Position numbers and translations under genes: made by a program | The notes under the pieces: generated by a model | The model's database searches: none | What the model was told of the DNA's origin: nothing | The model's input: only the letters and a program-made list of their open reading frames with translations | Shown: piece by piece, positions 31,369 through 39,907 of the stretch | How positions within the stretch are numbered: position 1 is the first letter of the stretch | Layout: every line of letters begins with the position of its first letter | Source: Parcubacteria group bacterium | GTDB taxonomy: Bacteria > Patescibacteriota > Minisyncoccia > Phycocordibacterales > UBA2135 | Assembly (NCBI GenBank): GCA_016180525.1 | Contig: JACPBB010000001.1 | Span: 75,320-139,319, forward strand | Direction of reading: 5' to 3' | DNA length: 64,000 nt

Positions 31369-32382
31369 TTATCGTTTCGCAATAATGCTCTTTTTGTATA
31401 CATCTAAATGCTCAAGCGCGATGCCGGTGCCCTTCGCGACGCAGTAGAGGGCATCATCCGCAAGAATGGCTTTCACGCCTGTTCTGCGAAATACGAGTTC
31501 CGGAAAATTACGCAACTGCGATGTTCCTCCGGTCATGATAATTCCCTGGTCAATAATGTCCGCAGAGAGTTCCGGAGGAGTTTCTTGTAACACATCTTTT
31601 ATCGCTTTTACCATTTCACGCAGCTCAGGACTAATCGCTTTTACGATTTCATTTGTTCCAATTTCAGCGGTGCGCGGAAGCCCCGCAATAAAATCACGGC
31701 CCTTTATGGTAATTTTCAACTCTTCTTCAACGGGCACTGCTGAGCCAATTTTTATTTTCACGTCTTCCGCGGTTTTGTCGCCAATCGCCAGATTAAATGT
31801 TTTTTTGATATAGTCGGCTATCGCGGTATCAATTCTGTTCCCCGCACATTTTACCGACTTTGAGGCAACAATGCCGCCAAGAGAAATAACGGCAACATCC
31901 GTCGTGCCTCCGCCAATATCAACAATCATATGCCCATGCGCCGCGTGAATGGGAACCCCCGCGCCGATTGCCGCGAGTATCGGCTCTTTGACCACATATG
32001 CGTTTTTCGCACCCGCTTTGATTGCGGCCTCAATAACCGCTCTTCGTTCGGTAGATGAAACGCCGGCCGGCACTGAAATAAGCACATCGGGTTTAAAAAT
32101 ATTCCATTTACCGAGCGCTTTGTTTATGTAATACCGAAGCATCGCTTCCGTTACCCGATAATCGGCAATGACTCCATCTTTCATCGGGCGATATGCGATA
32201 ATCGTGTCGGGGGTTTTCCCAATCATGTCTTTTGCCTCAAGTCCCACAGCCAAAATTCTGTTGTCCTCAAGCGAAACCGCGACAACAGAGGGCTCGTTTA
32301 ACACAACGGCTTTTCCCGGCACGTAGACAAGTGTGTTTGCGGTACCGAGATCAATTCCTAATTTTTTTGAAAAAAAAGACAT
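31369..32382 (-). CDS. mreB: Second MreB/Mbl-family actin homolog
   Basis: GIDLGTANT, EPILAAIGAG, DIGGGTTD, TPPELSADI. Confidence 0.93.
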   Translation of the reverse strand: MSFFSKKLGIDLGTANTLVYVPGKAVVLNEPSVVAVSLEDNRILAVGLEAKDMIGKTPDTIIAYRPMKDGVIADYRVTEAMLRYYINKALGKWNIFKPDVLISVPAGVSSTERRAVIEAAIKAGAKNAYVVKEPILAAIGAGVPIHAAHGHMIVDIGGGTTDVAVISLGGIVASKSVKCAGNRIDTAIADYIKKTFNLAIGDKTAEDVKIKIGSAVPVEEELKITIKGRDFIAGLPRTAEIGTNEIVKAISPELREMVKAIKDVLQETPPELSADIIDQGIIMTGGTSQLRNFPELVFRRTGVKAILADDALYCVAKGTGIALEHLDVYKKSIIAKR

Positions 32383-32534
32383 ACCAAATTTTAACGAATG
32401 TTAATGAGTATAAAATTTGCGCACCCTGTTAAATGCGCCTCCGGCGCCCTTCGCCCTCAGGCGAAGGATTTAACAGGGTAAAGGTTTGGCAACCATAGTT
32501 TTTGCTCCAATATTCATCGGAACAAAAACTATGG
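32383..32534. repeat. Nested REP-like palindromes between murA and mreB
   Basis: ccaaatttt..aaaatttg, gcgcaccc, accctgttaaat..atttaacagggt, ccatagtttttg..caaaaactatgg (overlaps the murA stop). Confidence 0.75.
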
Positions 32535-33824
32535 GCCAATTCTCTTTATATCCACCCCTACTCCTCGCAATCGCTCTTCTATCTTCTCATACCCCCTATC
32601 AATATTGTATACATTATGTATAACTGAGTCCCCTTTGGCAACAATTGCAGCAATTACAAACGCAAGACCCGCGCGCAGGTCAGGACTTTCCATTTCCCGC
32701 CCTTTGAGCGCCTTGGGACCTCTGACAATAACCCGATGCGGGTCGAGCGCTTTAATATCGGCACCCATGCGCACCAATTCTTCCACGTATGAAAGCCTGC
32801 CCTCAAAAATAGTTTCAAACACGAGCGACTGTCCGCTTGTTTGCGTTAAAAATACCGTCATTGGCGCTTGTAAGTCAGTGGGAAAGCCCGGATACTCACG
32901 AGTCTCAATATCTACTGATGTAAGAGACGAGGGGTGGGCATTTTTGGAAAGCATAATAGAATTTTTCCCAACGTCTACCGCAACACCAACTTGTCGCAGT
33001 ATTTCTGTAAGCGCCTCAACATGCTTGGGATTACAGTTTTTAATTTCAAAATTAACTCCTGCAAGGGCGCCTAAAATTAAAAAACTTCCTGTTTCAATCC
33101 GATCTGAAGGAGTATGAAACACGTCTCTTACGCCAGAGAGCAACCCACCTCCCTCAATATAAATATTTGCATCACCTGCGCCTCGTATTCGTGCCCCGCA
33201 CGAATTAAGAAAGTCCGCAAGAATTCCAATTTCCGGCTCTCGTGCGGCATTTTTTATAATTGTTTCTCCTTTTGCAAGCGTTGCCGCCATTATTAAAGTT
33301 TCTGTTGCGGTAACACTTGGTTTTTTAAAAAAAATAGAGGTGCCCGAAAGTCTCCCGTCGGGGACAAAGAGCGTGTAACGGTCACTCTCACGAGTAACGC
33401 GAGCGCCCATGGCCTCAAACCCTGAAAGAAAAAGATCAATCGGCCGTTCGCCAATAACACAGCCCCCCGGATGCGGAAACGATACTTTTCCAAAGCGTGA
33501 AAGTATGGGACCCGTGAGCACAATTGACGCGCGCATTTTCTGCGCCAAATCAACGGGCAAATCAGTGGCAAGTGTTCCCGGTACGGAAAGAGCATACTCC
33601 CCCTCTTTCTTGTTTGAAACAACAACACCGAGAGCAGAGAGAATATCATTCATCCGTTTTACGTCTTCAATGTCCGGAACATTATTAAGAGTAATACCAT
33701 CTTCAAATAAAATAGATGACGCAAGCGCCTTTAATGCGGCGTTTTTTGCTCCCTTTACGGCAATACTTCCAGAGAGCGCTTGTGCTCCGCCGAGACCTTT
33801 AATGAGAAAACGTTCTCTAGCCAT
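32529..33824 (-). CDS. murA: UDP-N-acetylglucosamine 1-carboxyvinyltransferase
   Basis: GAKNA, MRAS, PGGCVIGERP, PGFPTDLQ, DLRAG, IDRGYE. Confidence 0.97.
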   Translation of the reverse strand: MARERFLIKGLGGAQALSGSIAVKGAKNAALKALASSILFEDGITLNNVPDIEDVKRMNDILSALGVVVSNKKEGEYALSVPGTLATDLPVDLAQKMRASIVLTGPILSRFGKVSFPHPGGCVIGERPIDLFLSGFEAMGARVTRESDRYTLFVPDGRLSGTSIFFKKPSVTATETLIMAATLAKGETIIKNAAREPEIGILADFLNSCGARIRGAGDANIYIEGGGLLSGVRDVFHTPSDRIETGSFLILGALAGVNFEIKNCNPKHVEALTEILRQVGVAVDVGKNSIMLSKNAHPSSLTSVDIETREYPGFPTDLQAPMTVFLTQTSGQSLVFETIFEGRLSYVEELVRMGADIKALDPHRVIVRGPKALKGREMESPDLRAGLAFVIAAIVAKGDSVIHNVYNIDRGYEKIEERLRGVGVDIKRIGP

Positions 33825-33872
33825 ATATTATAGTATAGTATGTTTTTTAATCTCTTTCACAACAAAACCCCG

Positions 33873-34451
33873 CTATGAAGCGGGGTTTAAAACAGGAGCT
33901 GGCGAAGGTGCTAATTTTTCTTTCATGGATGCAGCCCATTTTTGTAAGCGTGATTTCTCACTACCCGGTGGAAGCGGATCACAGGTCAAGAAATAAAAAA
34001 ACAATAAGCATAAAACCCAGAGAAAAATGAGAGAAAGCCATAATACATTATCTGGAAACCTATCCAAGAATATCCTCGGGACATAGAATAAAGAAATTCC
34101 AATTCCGTAAAACAGGTAGAACATTCTAAACAAAAAATCAGGTTGATTAATCTTTGCAGAATTTGAAGTGCCCTCCCTCAGCGCTGCATATGTTTCTTTC
34201 TTATCTCTATGCACCCGAAAAAGAAAAAAGGGAGTTGTAACTACCGCAAGCCCAGAAGCAAACAACCAATTGTATTCATTTTTAAAAAGATATTCAGTAA
34301 TAGCGGCAGAAATAGTAAGTACCAACATACCAATAATTGAAATTTTTGCCCACCAGAAACAATCCTGCTCGTGTGAAACTGTTTTCTGCCACCAGTGTGA
34401 AAACTTCTCAAATATATTCTCAATGAGCCACGCGTCCATTTGCGTAAACAT
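33873..34451 (-). CDS. Hypothetical four-TM membrane protein
   Basis: Four hydrophobic helices; TTGACT upstream on the minus strand. Confidence 0.65.
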   Translation of the reverse strand: MFTQMDAWLIENIFEKFSHWWQKTVSHEQDCFWWAKISIIGMLVLTISAAITEYLFKNEYNWLFASGLAVVTTPFFLFRVHRDKKETYAALREGTSNSAKINQPDFLFRMFYLFYGIGISLFYVPRIFLDRFPDNVLWLSLIFLWVLCLLFFYFLTCDPLPPGSEKSRLQKWAASMKEKLAPSPAPVLNPAS

Positions 34452-34551
34452 GAACCACCGTGGATTAATTTCTAAATAAAACAATAAATAAAGCAAGAGA
34501 GGAAGTCAACGGTAATTGAAGTCAGGCGCTTTTTTTGAGAAAATATACTTA

Positions 34552-36483
34552 ATGTATATTGTTCACGTCATTCCCCTCTCGCGCAGCATGCAAAAAGAAA
34601 CACTTTCCTACTTTACCGCGCAACCCGTCTCTGCCGGAGACATGGTGCTCATCCCCCTTCGCAAAAAAGAAATTCCCGCAATTGTCACGGATATTCAAGA
34701 TGCCACATCTTTAAAAACAAACATTAAACAATCCTCGTACGGATTGCGAAAAATATCAAAGATACTATTCCCACATTTTTTTCTTCCGGCATTCATATCT
34801 GCGGCAGAAAAATCAGCCCGTTACTTTGCATGCAGCAGCGGAGCAGTTATTGACTCTCTCGTCCCAAAAGCTATTTTAGATTCAATTATAAAAACTGCCG
34901 CTCATATTGAAACAAAAGTACAGGCATCGGTGCAAAATACACCAAACACATTTTTTGAAACACTGGTTTTACAAGCATCATTTAAAGATCGAATTGTGGC
35001 TTACAAAGGAATCATTCGTGAAGAATTTGCTAAAGGTAAGTCAGTACTCCTGCTTATCCCTACCGCGGACGATATCCCTTATATCCTTTCAATATTAGAA
35101 CGAGGCATAGAAGAACACACCTATGTCATCCATGGAGGACTTTCAAAACAAAAGATCATTTCGCTCTGGCACAAAGCACTTGGCGACACTCACCCCATAC
35201 TTATTATAGGAACCGGAATGTCTGTAAGTATCCCCAGAGAAGATCTGCGCACTATTATTGTTGAACGAGAGGGATCTTGGCTATATAAGCAGGAACACAG
35301 GCCATTTATTGACGTAAGAATATATGCGGAATATTTTGCCGAAGCGCTTCACGGTAAATGCGTTCTCGGCGGCACCGTGCTTTCGCTTGAAACATTATAT
35401 CGGAGAGAACAGAGGGGGGTATCCGATTTTGCGCCCCCCCAGTTTAGACTCCTCTCGTCGGCAGAACAATCCACTGTTGATATGCGGGGCACTCATTCCC
35501 CGCTTCAGCTTACTCCGAAAACATTTACCGTAATCAGTGATGAGTTGAAAGATGCCATAGAAGACGTGCGAAAACACAACCAGCACATACTTTTGTATGT
35601 CACACGAAGAGGATTGTTCCCGATTACGCTATGCAGTGATTGCGGAGCAACTGTTCTGTGCAAGCAGTGTGAAGCACCGCTCGTGCTTCATAAAGACACC
35701 GGCGAGAAGCGGGCGGGAGAGAGGGTGTACCTCTGCCATAAATGTAAAGAAGAAAACGTGGTCACCGATCGCTGCAAAAGATGCAACAGCTGGAGACTCG
35801 CCCCGCTTGGTGTTGGCACTGAACGGGTGGAAGAAGAAGCTCGGTGCCTATTTAGGACCATAAAGGTCCTTCGCGTGGATAAAGACAAGACTCCGACTCG
35901 GAAAAAGGCCGAGAAGATGATTTCTGAATTTTTAAATTCTCCCGGAAGTATCCTCGTGGGGACCGAGCTCGCGCTTACCCTGCTCAAGAAAAAAATAGCA
36001 GTGACGGCGGCTGTTTCCATTGACCCCCTTTTTGCGCTTCCCTCATTTCGGACCTATGAGCGAGCATTTAATATTCTGCTGTCACTGCGAGAAAAAGCGA
36101 ATAAAAAATTTATTATACAGACGCGTATCCCCGACCTGCATCTTTTCAAGTATGTACAGAACGGAAATATTACGGATTTTTATAGAGAAGAAAAAAAAAC
36201 ACGAGAGCAATTCGGCTATCCTCCATTTACCACTATTATTAAATTAACAATGAGCGGCACAAAGCAGTACGTTGAAAAAGAAACAGCTTCAATCAAAAAA
36301 CATCTGCACGGATACGATTTGTTTATATTCCCTGCCTTTATTTCAAAAATACGCGGGAAATATGTGGTGCATGTAGTCCTTAAAATGAAACGTGAAGAGT
36401 GGCCAAATGAAAAACTCCGCGAACGTCTTTTGGCGCTCCCTCCCTCGGTTGTGGTTAATGTTAATCCAGAACACCTGTTGTAA
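34552..36483 (+). CDS. priA: Primosomal protein N' (PriA), ATPase motifs degenerate
   Basis: N-terminal 3'-binding domain, RRG, four CxxC pairs, GTERVEEE, IQT, R..FGYPPF. Confidence 0.9.
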   Translation: MYIVHVIPLSRSMQKETLSYFTAQPVSAGDMVLIPLRKKEIPAIVTDIQDATSLKTNIKQSSYGLRKISKILFPHFFLPAFISAAEKSARYFACSSGAVIDSLVPKAILDSIIKTAAHIETKVQASVQNTPNTFFETLVLQASFKDRIVAYKGIIREEFAKGKSVLLLIPTADDIPYILSILERGIEEHTYVIHGGLSKQKIISLWHKALGDTHPILIIGTGMSVSIPREDLRTIIVEREGSWLYKQEHRPFIDVRIYAEYFAEALHGKCVLGGTVLSLETLYRREQRGVSDFAPPQFRLLSSAEQSTVDMRGTHSPLQLTPKTFTVISDELKDAIEDVRKHNQHILLYVTRRGLFPITLCSDCGATVLCKQCEAPLVLHKDTGEKRAGERVYLCHKCKEENVVTDRCKRCNSWRLAPLGVGTERVEEEARCLFRTIKVLRVDKDKTPTRKKAEKMISEFLNSPGSILVGTELALTLLKKKIAVTAAVSIDPLFALPSFRTYERAFNILLSLREKANKKFIIQTRIPDLHLFKYVQNGNITDFYREEKKTREQFGYPPFTTIIKLTMSGTKQYVEKETASIKKHLHGYDLFIFPAFISKIRGKYVVHVVLKMKREEWPNEKLRERLLALPPSVVVNVNPEHLL

Positions 36484-36520
36484 TTTCAGATTTAAGATTT
36501 ATAATTTATGATTTAAGAAT

Positions 36521-37063
36521 ATGGTGAAAATACTTCAAAAAGATGAAGGGGGGCTACGAGAAATTTCTAAGCCCGTGCCCATCGGCAATATTGATACTCC
36601 GCGCATCCAAAAAATAATCGCGGATATGAAAAAGGCAATGCATGGTGAGGATGATGCAGTGGCAATTGCCGCTCCACAAATCGGAGTGTTACTTCGTATA
36701 TTTATAGTATCTGGAAAAGTGTTTCTTTCAAAAGAAGAGATTGCAAAAAAAGAGGAGATAAAAAACCTGCCACCGGACTTGGTTTTTATAAATCCTGAAC
36801 TTTTAAGGTGCTCAAAAAAAGAAAAGTGGACTGAAGAAGGATGTTTGTCGGTGCGATGGCTCTATGGAGAAGTGAGGCGAAGTGAAAAAGCAACTGTTCG
36901 CGCGTATGATGAGAGTGGAAAATTATTTACCAGAGGAGCAAGCGGTATCCTCGCGCAAGTTTTTCAGCACGAGATAGAACACTTAGACGGAAAATTATTT
37001 ACTGACAAGGCGCGTAACATCCAAAACATTCCTCCAGAAAAAAACTTGACAAAAAGAAGGTAA
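36521..37063 (+). CDS. def: Peptide deformylase
   Basis: AIAAPQIG, EGCLSV, QHEIEHLDG. Confidence 0.96.
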   Translation: MVKILQKDEGGLREISKPVPIGNIDTPRIQKIIADMKKAMHGEDDAVAIAAPQIGVLLRIFIVSGKVFLSKEEIAKKEEIKNLPPDLVFINPELLRCSKKEKWTEEGCLSVRWLYGEVRRSEKATVRAYDESGKLFTRGASGILAQVFQHEIEHLDGKLFTDKARNIQNIPPEKNLTKRR

Positions 37064-37080
37064 TTTGATAATATATCATT

Positions 37081-37420
37081 TGAGCCTAGCCAACTCCGGG
37101 TTAGAAGTGTTCAAGCACGTTCTAACCAGGCTGGATGCCTCGCGTGGGGTCCAAAAAGGGCTCAGGACACGCGAGGCCGCGGCGGGGACCCGGACGCAGA
37201 CGCAAACCTTGTTGACGCAACTGAGGACGCTGAGCGCCCGGGACCCCGCTCCAGCCCTGTTCTTTAACGAATATCAAAGAATGAACCCCGGTGTTGCCTC
37301 GGAGTAAACCGAGCAACTACGCCGGGAGAAGTATTTCCCCCGCGGGAATACTTCCCGCCGAGATGCCTTTTTGTCTCGGTCTTTACTCCCCGCCCCGATG
37401 ACGAAAACGTCGGGGCTTTT
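37081..37420 (+). ncRNA. Candidate structured ncRNA 1 (about 310 nt plus terminator), family unknown
   Basis: TTGACA (37046)-N17-TAATAT promoter; at least 8 stems; possible 8-bp pseudoknot; terminator 37392-37420. Confidence 0.7.
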
Positions 37421-37450
37421 CATTTTATATGCATTTAGTATACTAACAAT

Positions 37451-37628
37451 GGCCGGCGTGGGAGATAGTGTTCTTCATGTCCCCCAACATCAACCACCAT
37501 ACACAACAAATGAATAGCACGTGGTGTGCGATGTTGCGCCTCGACTTGATCGAGCGGAGATCCATAGACACCCTTCCGGATACGCCCTTGCCCAACTTCG
37601 GCCGCATGGTTTACCCAGCGGCCTTTTT
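37451..37628 (+). ncRNA. Candidate structured ncRNA 2 (about 140 nt plus terminator), family unknown
   Basis: TATACT at 37439; 5'/3' closing stem enclosing four hairpins; terminator 37600-37628. Confidence 0.55.
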
Positions 37629-37659
37629 GTTTTTGAAAAAGTAGTGATACAATAATATA

Positions 37660-37847
37660 TGCAAGCGCAGAGTATGTGAATCTTTCGCGCCTCCCGCACG
37701 CCCCGCCGCTCCCTTCCGTGCCTATGGCACCCGATGCAGGGACAACCTGATGGAGAGAAAAGCCTCCCTAAGGAATGTGCAGGAGCTCATTGGGATTCCT
37801 TCTCTGCGCTCGCACCACCGGAAAAGCTATTCGCTTTCCGGTTTTTT
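37660..37847 (+). ncRNA. Candidate structured ncRNA 3 (about 155 nt, rod-like, possibly 6S-like)
   Basis: TGnTACAAT at 37645-37653; long interrupted 5'/3' stem; terminator ccggaaaagc/gctttccgg followed by T6. Confidence 0.6.
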
Positions 37848-37931
37848 AACACTTCCGCGAAGTTGACTTTTTCCCAATACGAAGATATCTTACCTATAGA
37901 TAATAAAAAAATCATAGTGGGGAATCCGCGC

Positions 37932-38201
37932 ATGAAAATACGTGCATCAAGTCTCCACACGCATGAAGGATTTATACTTGAATCTGAAGACCTAAGAGAA
38001 GCAGAAAAGTTAAAAATATTAGCGAGTTTTTTCAGAAACTACAGAGCAAGCACAGATGCCGGTCCGGATAACAAAAGTTCAGGAATACGAAAAATACTGA
38101 CAGAGGAAGATGGATCAAAAAATAGCAAACCCTCGCTTCATATCATTAAAGTAACTACTCCTAAAAAAACAAAAAACCCCCATCCTTTGGACACCAGATA
38201 G
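37932..38201 (+). CDS. Hypothetical protein (89 aa)
   Basis: TTGACT at 37863; ATG at 37932. The longer track ORF from 37734 runs through the RNA and terminator. Confidence 0.5.
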   Translation: MKIRASSLHTHEGFILESEDLREAEKLKILASFFRNYRASTDAGPDNKSSGIRKILTEEDGSKNSKPSLHIIKVTTPKKTKNPHPLDTR

Positions 38202-38248
38202 TACAACATACTGGTGTTTTTTATTGTTAAATATACTATTCTTAGTTT

Positions 38249-39121
38249 ATGAATCAAAAAACTAAATCCTTAACCCTAAACGCTAAACGCTTTAATTTCG
38301 TTTTCTTCGGCACCGATGATTTTTCGGTTATTGTTTTGGAAGAATTAAAAAAGGCAGGACTTATTCCCGCCCTCTTAGTCACTGCTCCAGACCGCAAAAA
38401 AGGCCGTGGTATGATTCTCACTCCCCCACCCGCAAAACTCTGGGCACAAGAAAACAACATTCCCCTCCTCCAACCAGAAAAATTAGACAAGGCCCTAGGC
38501 TCTAGGCTTCAGGCTCTAGGGGCAGATTTGTTTATCGTCGCGAGTTACGGAAACATTTTGCCGAAGGAGGTTTTAAAAATTCCAAAACATGGCACGCTCA
38601 ATGTGCACCCATCGCTTTTGCCACTCTTTCGCGGCCCCTCCCCTCTACAGCACCAAATACTTGAGAATGCAGAAGACGTGGGAGTCACCATTATGCTTAT
38701 AGATGAAAAAATTGACCACGGGCCAATCGTCGCGCAGGAAGTGTTGGGATTTAAGATTTCAGATTTAAGATTTAAGGATTTGCGGGATGAACTTGCGCAT
38801 CTAGGCGGGAAATTGCTTGCCAGCACCATTCCCGATTGGGTAGCAGGAAACATTGACCCGCAAGAGCAAGACCACGCCGCCGCTACATACACAAAAATGA
38901 TTACAAAAGAATCGGGGCTTATTGATATGCTACAGGAAAGCCCTGAGATGCTCTACAGAAAATGGAGGGCGTTTACCCCATGGCCCGGAGTGTACTTTTT
39001 CAAAAACAATAGGCGCATAAAAATCACCGACGCGGAATTAAAAAATGGATCATTTGTGATAAAAAAAGTAATTCCGGAGGGAAAAAGAGAAATTGATTAT
39101 TCAGCATATGGACAAAATTAA
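38249..39121 (+). CDS. fmt: Methionyl-tRNA formyltransferase
   Basis: FFGT, VTAPDRKKGRG, VASYG, NVHPSLLP..RGPSP, D.GPI, AFTPWPG. Confidence 0.97.
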   Translation: MNQKTKSLTLNAKRFNFVFFGTDDFSVIVLEELKKAGLIPALLVTAPDRKKGRGMILTPPPAKLWAQENNIPLLQPEKLDKALGSRLQALGADLFIVASYGNILPKEVLKIPKHGTLNVHPSLLPLFRGPSPLQHQILENAEDVGVTIMLIDEKIDHGPIVAQEVLGFKISDLRFKDLRDELAHLGGKLLASTIPDWVAGNIDPQEQDHAAATYTKMITKESGLIDMLQESPEMLYRKWRAFTPWPGVYFFKNNRRIKITDAELKNGSFVIKKVIPEGKREIDYSAYGQN

Positions 39122-39162
39122 AACCCGTCGCGTAAGCGACGGGCGTTTTAAATATTTTGGTA

Positions 39163-39837
39163 TTAGCCGTCAATGCCAATACTTTTGAGGTCGCGGAAAA
39201 ACTCCGGCTTGAGGTCAAAATATCGCTCTTCTTTTGGCGGCTTTGTGTCCACTGGGCGAATATCTTCCCAGTCGCGCGACTCGCACGGAAATGGAACTTC
39301 AACATCATAAAACATGATCGCCTCAACCGTTGCTCCCATTGCGCGTGTCAGGTAACTTCGATGAATACCGTCAAGAAGTTTTGGTTTTCTGCCGTTTTTA
39401 CGAACCTCAATAATCGTCGGTACATAATGTGCAAGCGCAATGTCGCCTTCTGTAGTCTTTCCAACCACGATCATTGGAGGATAGTTCTTAAAACCACCAG
39501 GCACCGCAAATCCTGAAAAGACTGAAGGAAACTCTTCAAGAAGTTTTTGATATTTTGAACGTTCTACAAATGTTTGTCCAATACGTACCTGGCGCGGATC
39601 AATTTGTACCCGCTTCATCCAACAATTTTGGGTGTATACCTTACAAGAACTATCGCCCACGATGGATACGTTAAAAAGAATTTTCTTCAAATATTCAATC
39701 GGCATAATATGCACCTGAAGGACCGATGCAATGTTTCGTAAAGACACGATTTCTTTAATATTGGGCGTAAACAAAAAATCATTCTTCACAATACCGGTTC
39801 TGTCTTGAAATATTTCAAGCGGAATCGGATCAAACAT
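39163..39837 (-). CDS. Hypothetical protein with ParB/Srx-like LLDGxHR motif
   Basis: PTIIE...LLDGIHRSY; GGAG SD before ATG 39837. Confidence 0.6.
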   Translation of the reverse strand: MFDPIPLEIFQDRTGIVKNDFLFTPNIKEIVSLRNIASVLQVHIMPIEYLKKILFNVSIVGDSSCKVYTQNCWMKRVQIDPRQVRIGQTFVERSKYQKLLEEFPSVFSGFAVPGGFKNYPPMIVVGKTTEGDIALAHYVPTIIEVRKNGRKPKLLDGIHRSYLTRAMGATVEAIMFYDVEVPFPCESRDWEDIRPVDTKPPKEERYFDLKPEFFRDLKSIGIDG

Positions 39838-39907
39838 CGTGTTTCTCCTATACAAAAAACTCTCTATTCTAATAGAGAGTGTAGAAAAATGAACCGCCCG
39901 TGTCACT

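Noticed and set aside
25238-32382. Two mreB paralogs as a novelty
   Set aside because: Multiple MreB/Mbl paralogs are common, so this is ordinary.
37065-37316. 80-aa (+) and 64-aa (-) ORFs over RNA 1
   Set aside because: The + ORF starts at a TTG inside the promoter with no SD. Both are explained by GC-rich, stop-poor structured sequence.
37081-37850. RNase P RNA, tmRNA or SRP RNA identity
   Set aside because: No GAGGAAAGUCC/P4 partner, no tRNA-Ala-like ends with a T-loop, and no SRP domain IV motif found on either strand by eye. A very divergent version cannot be excluded without cmsearch.
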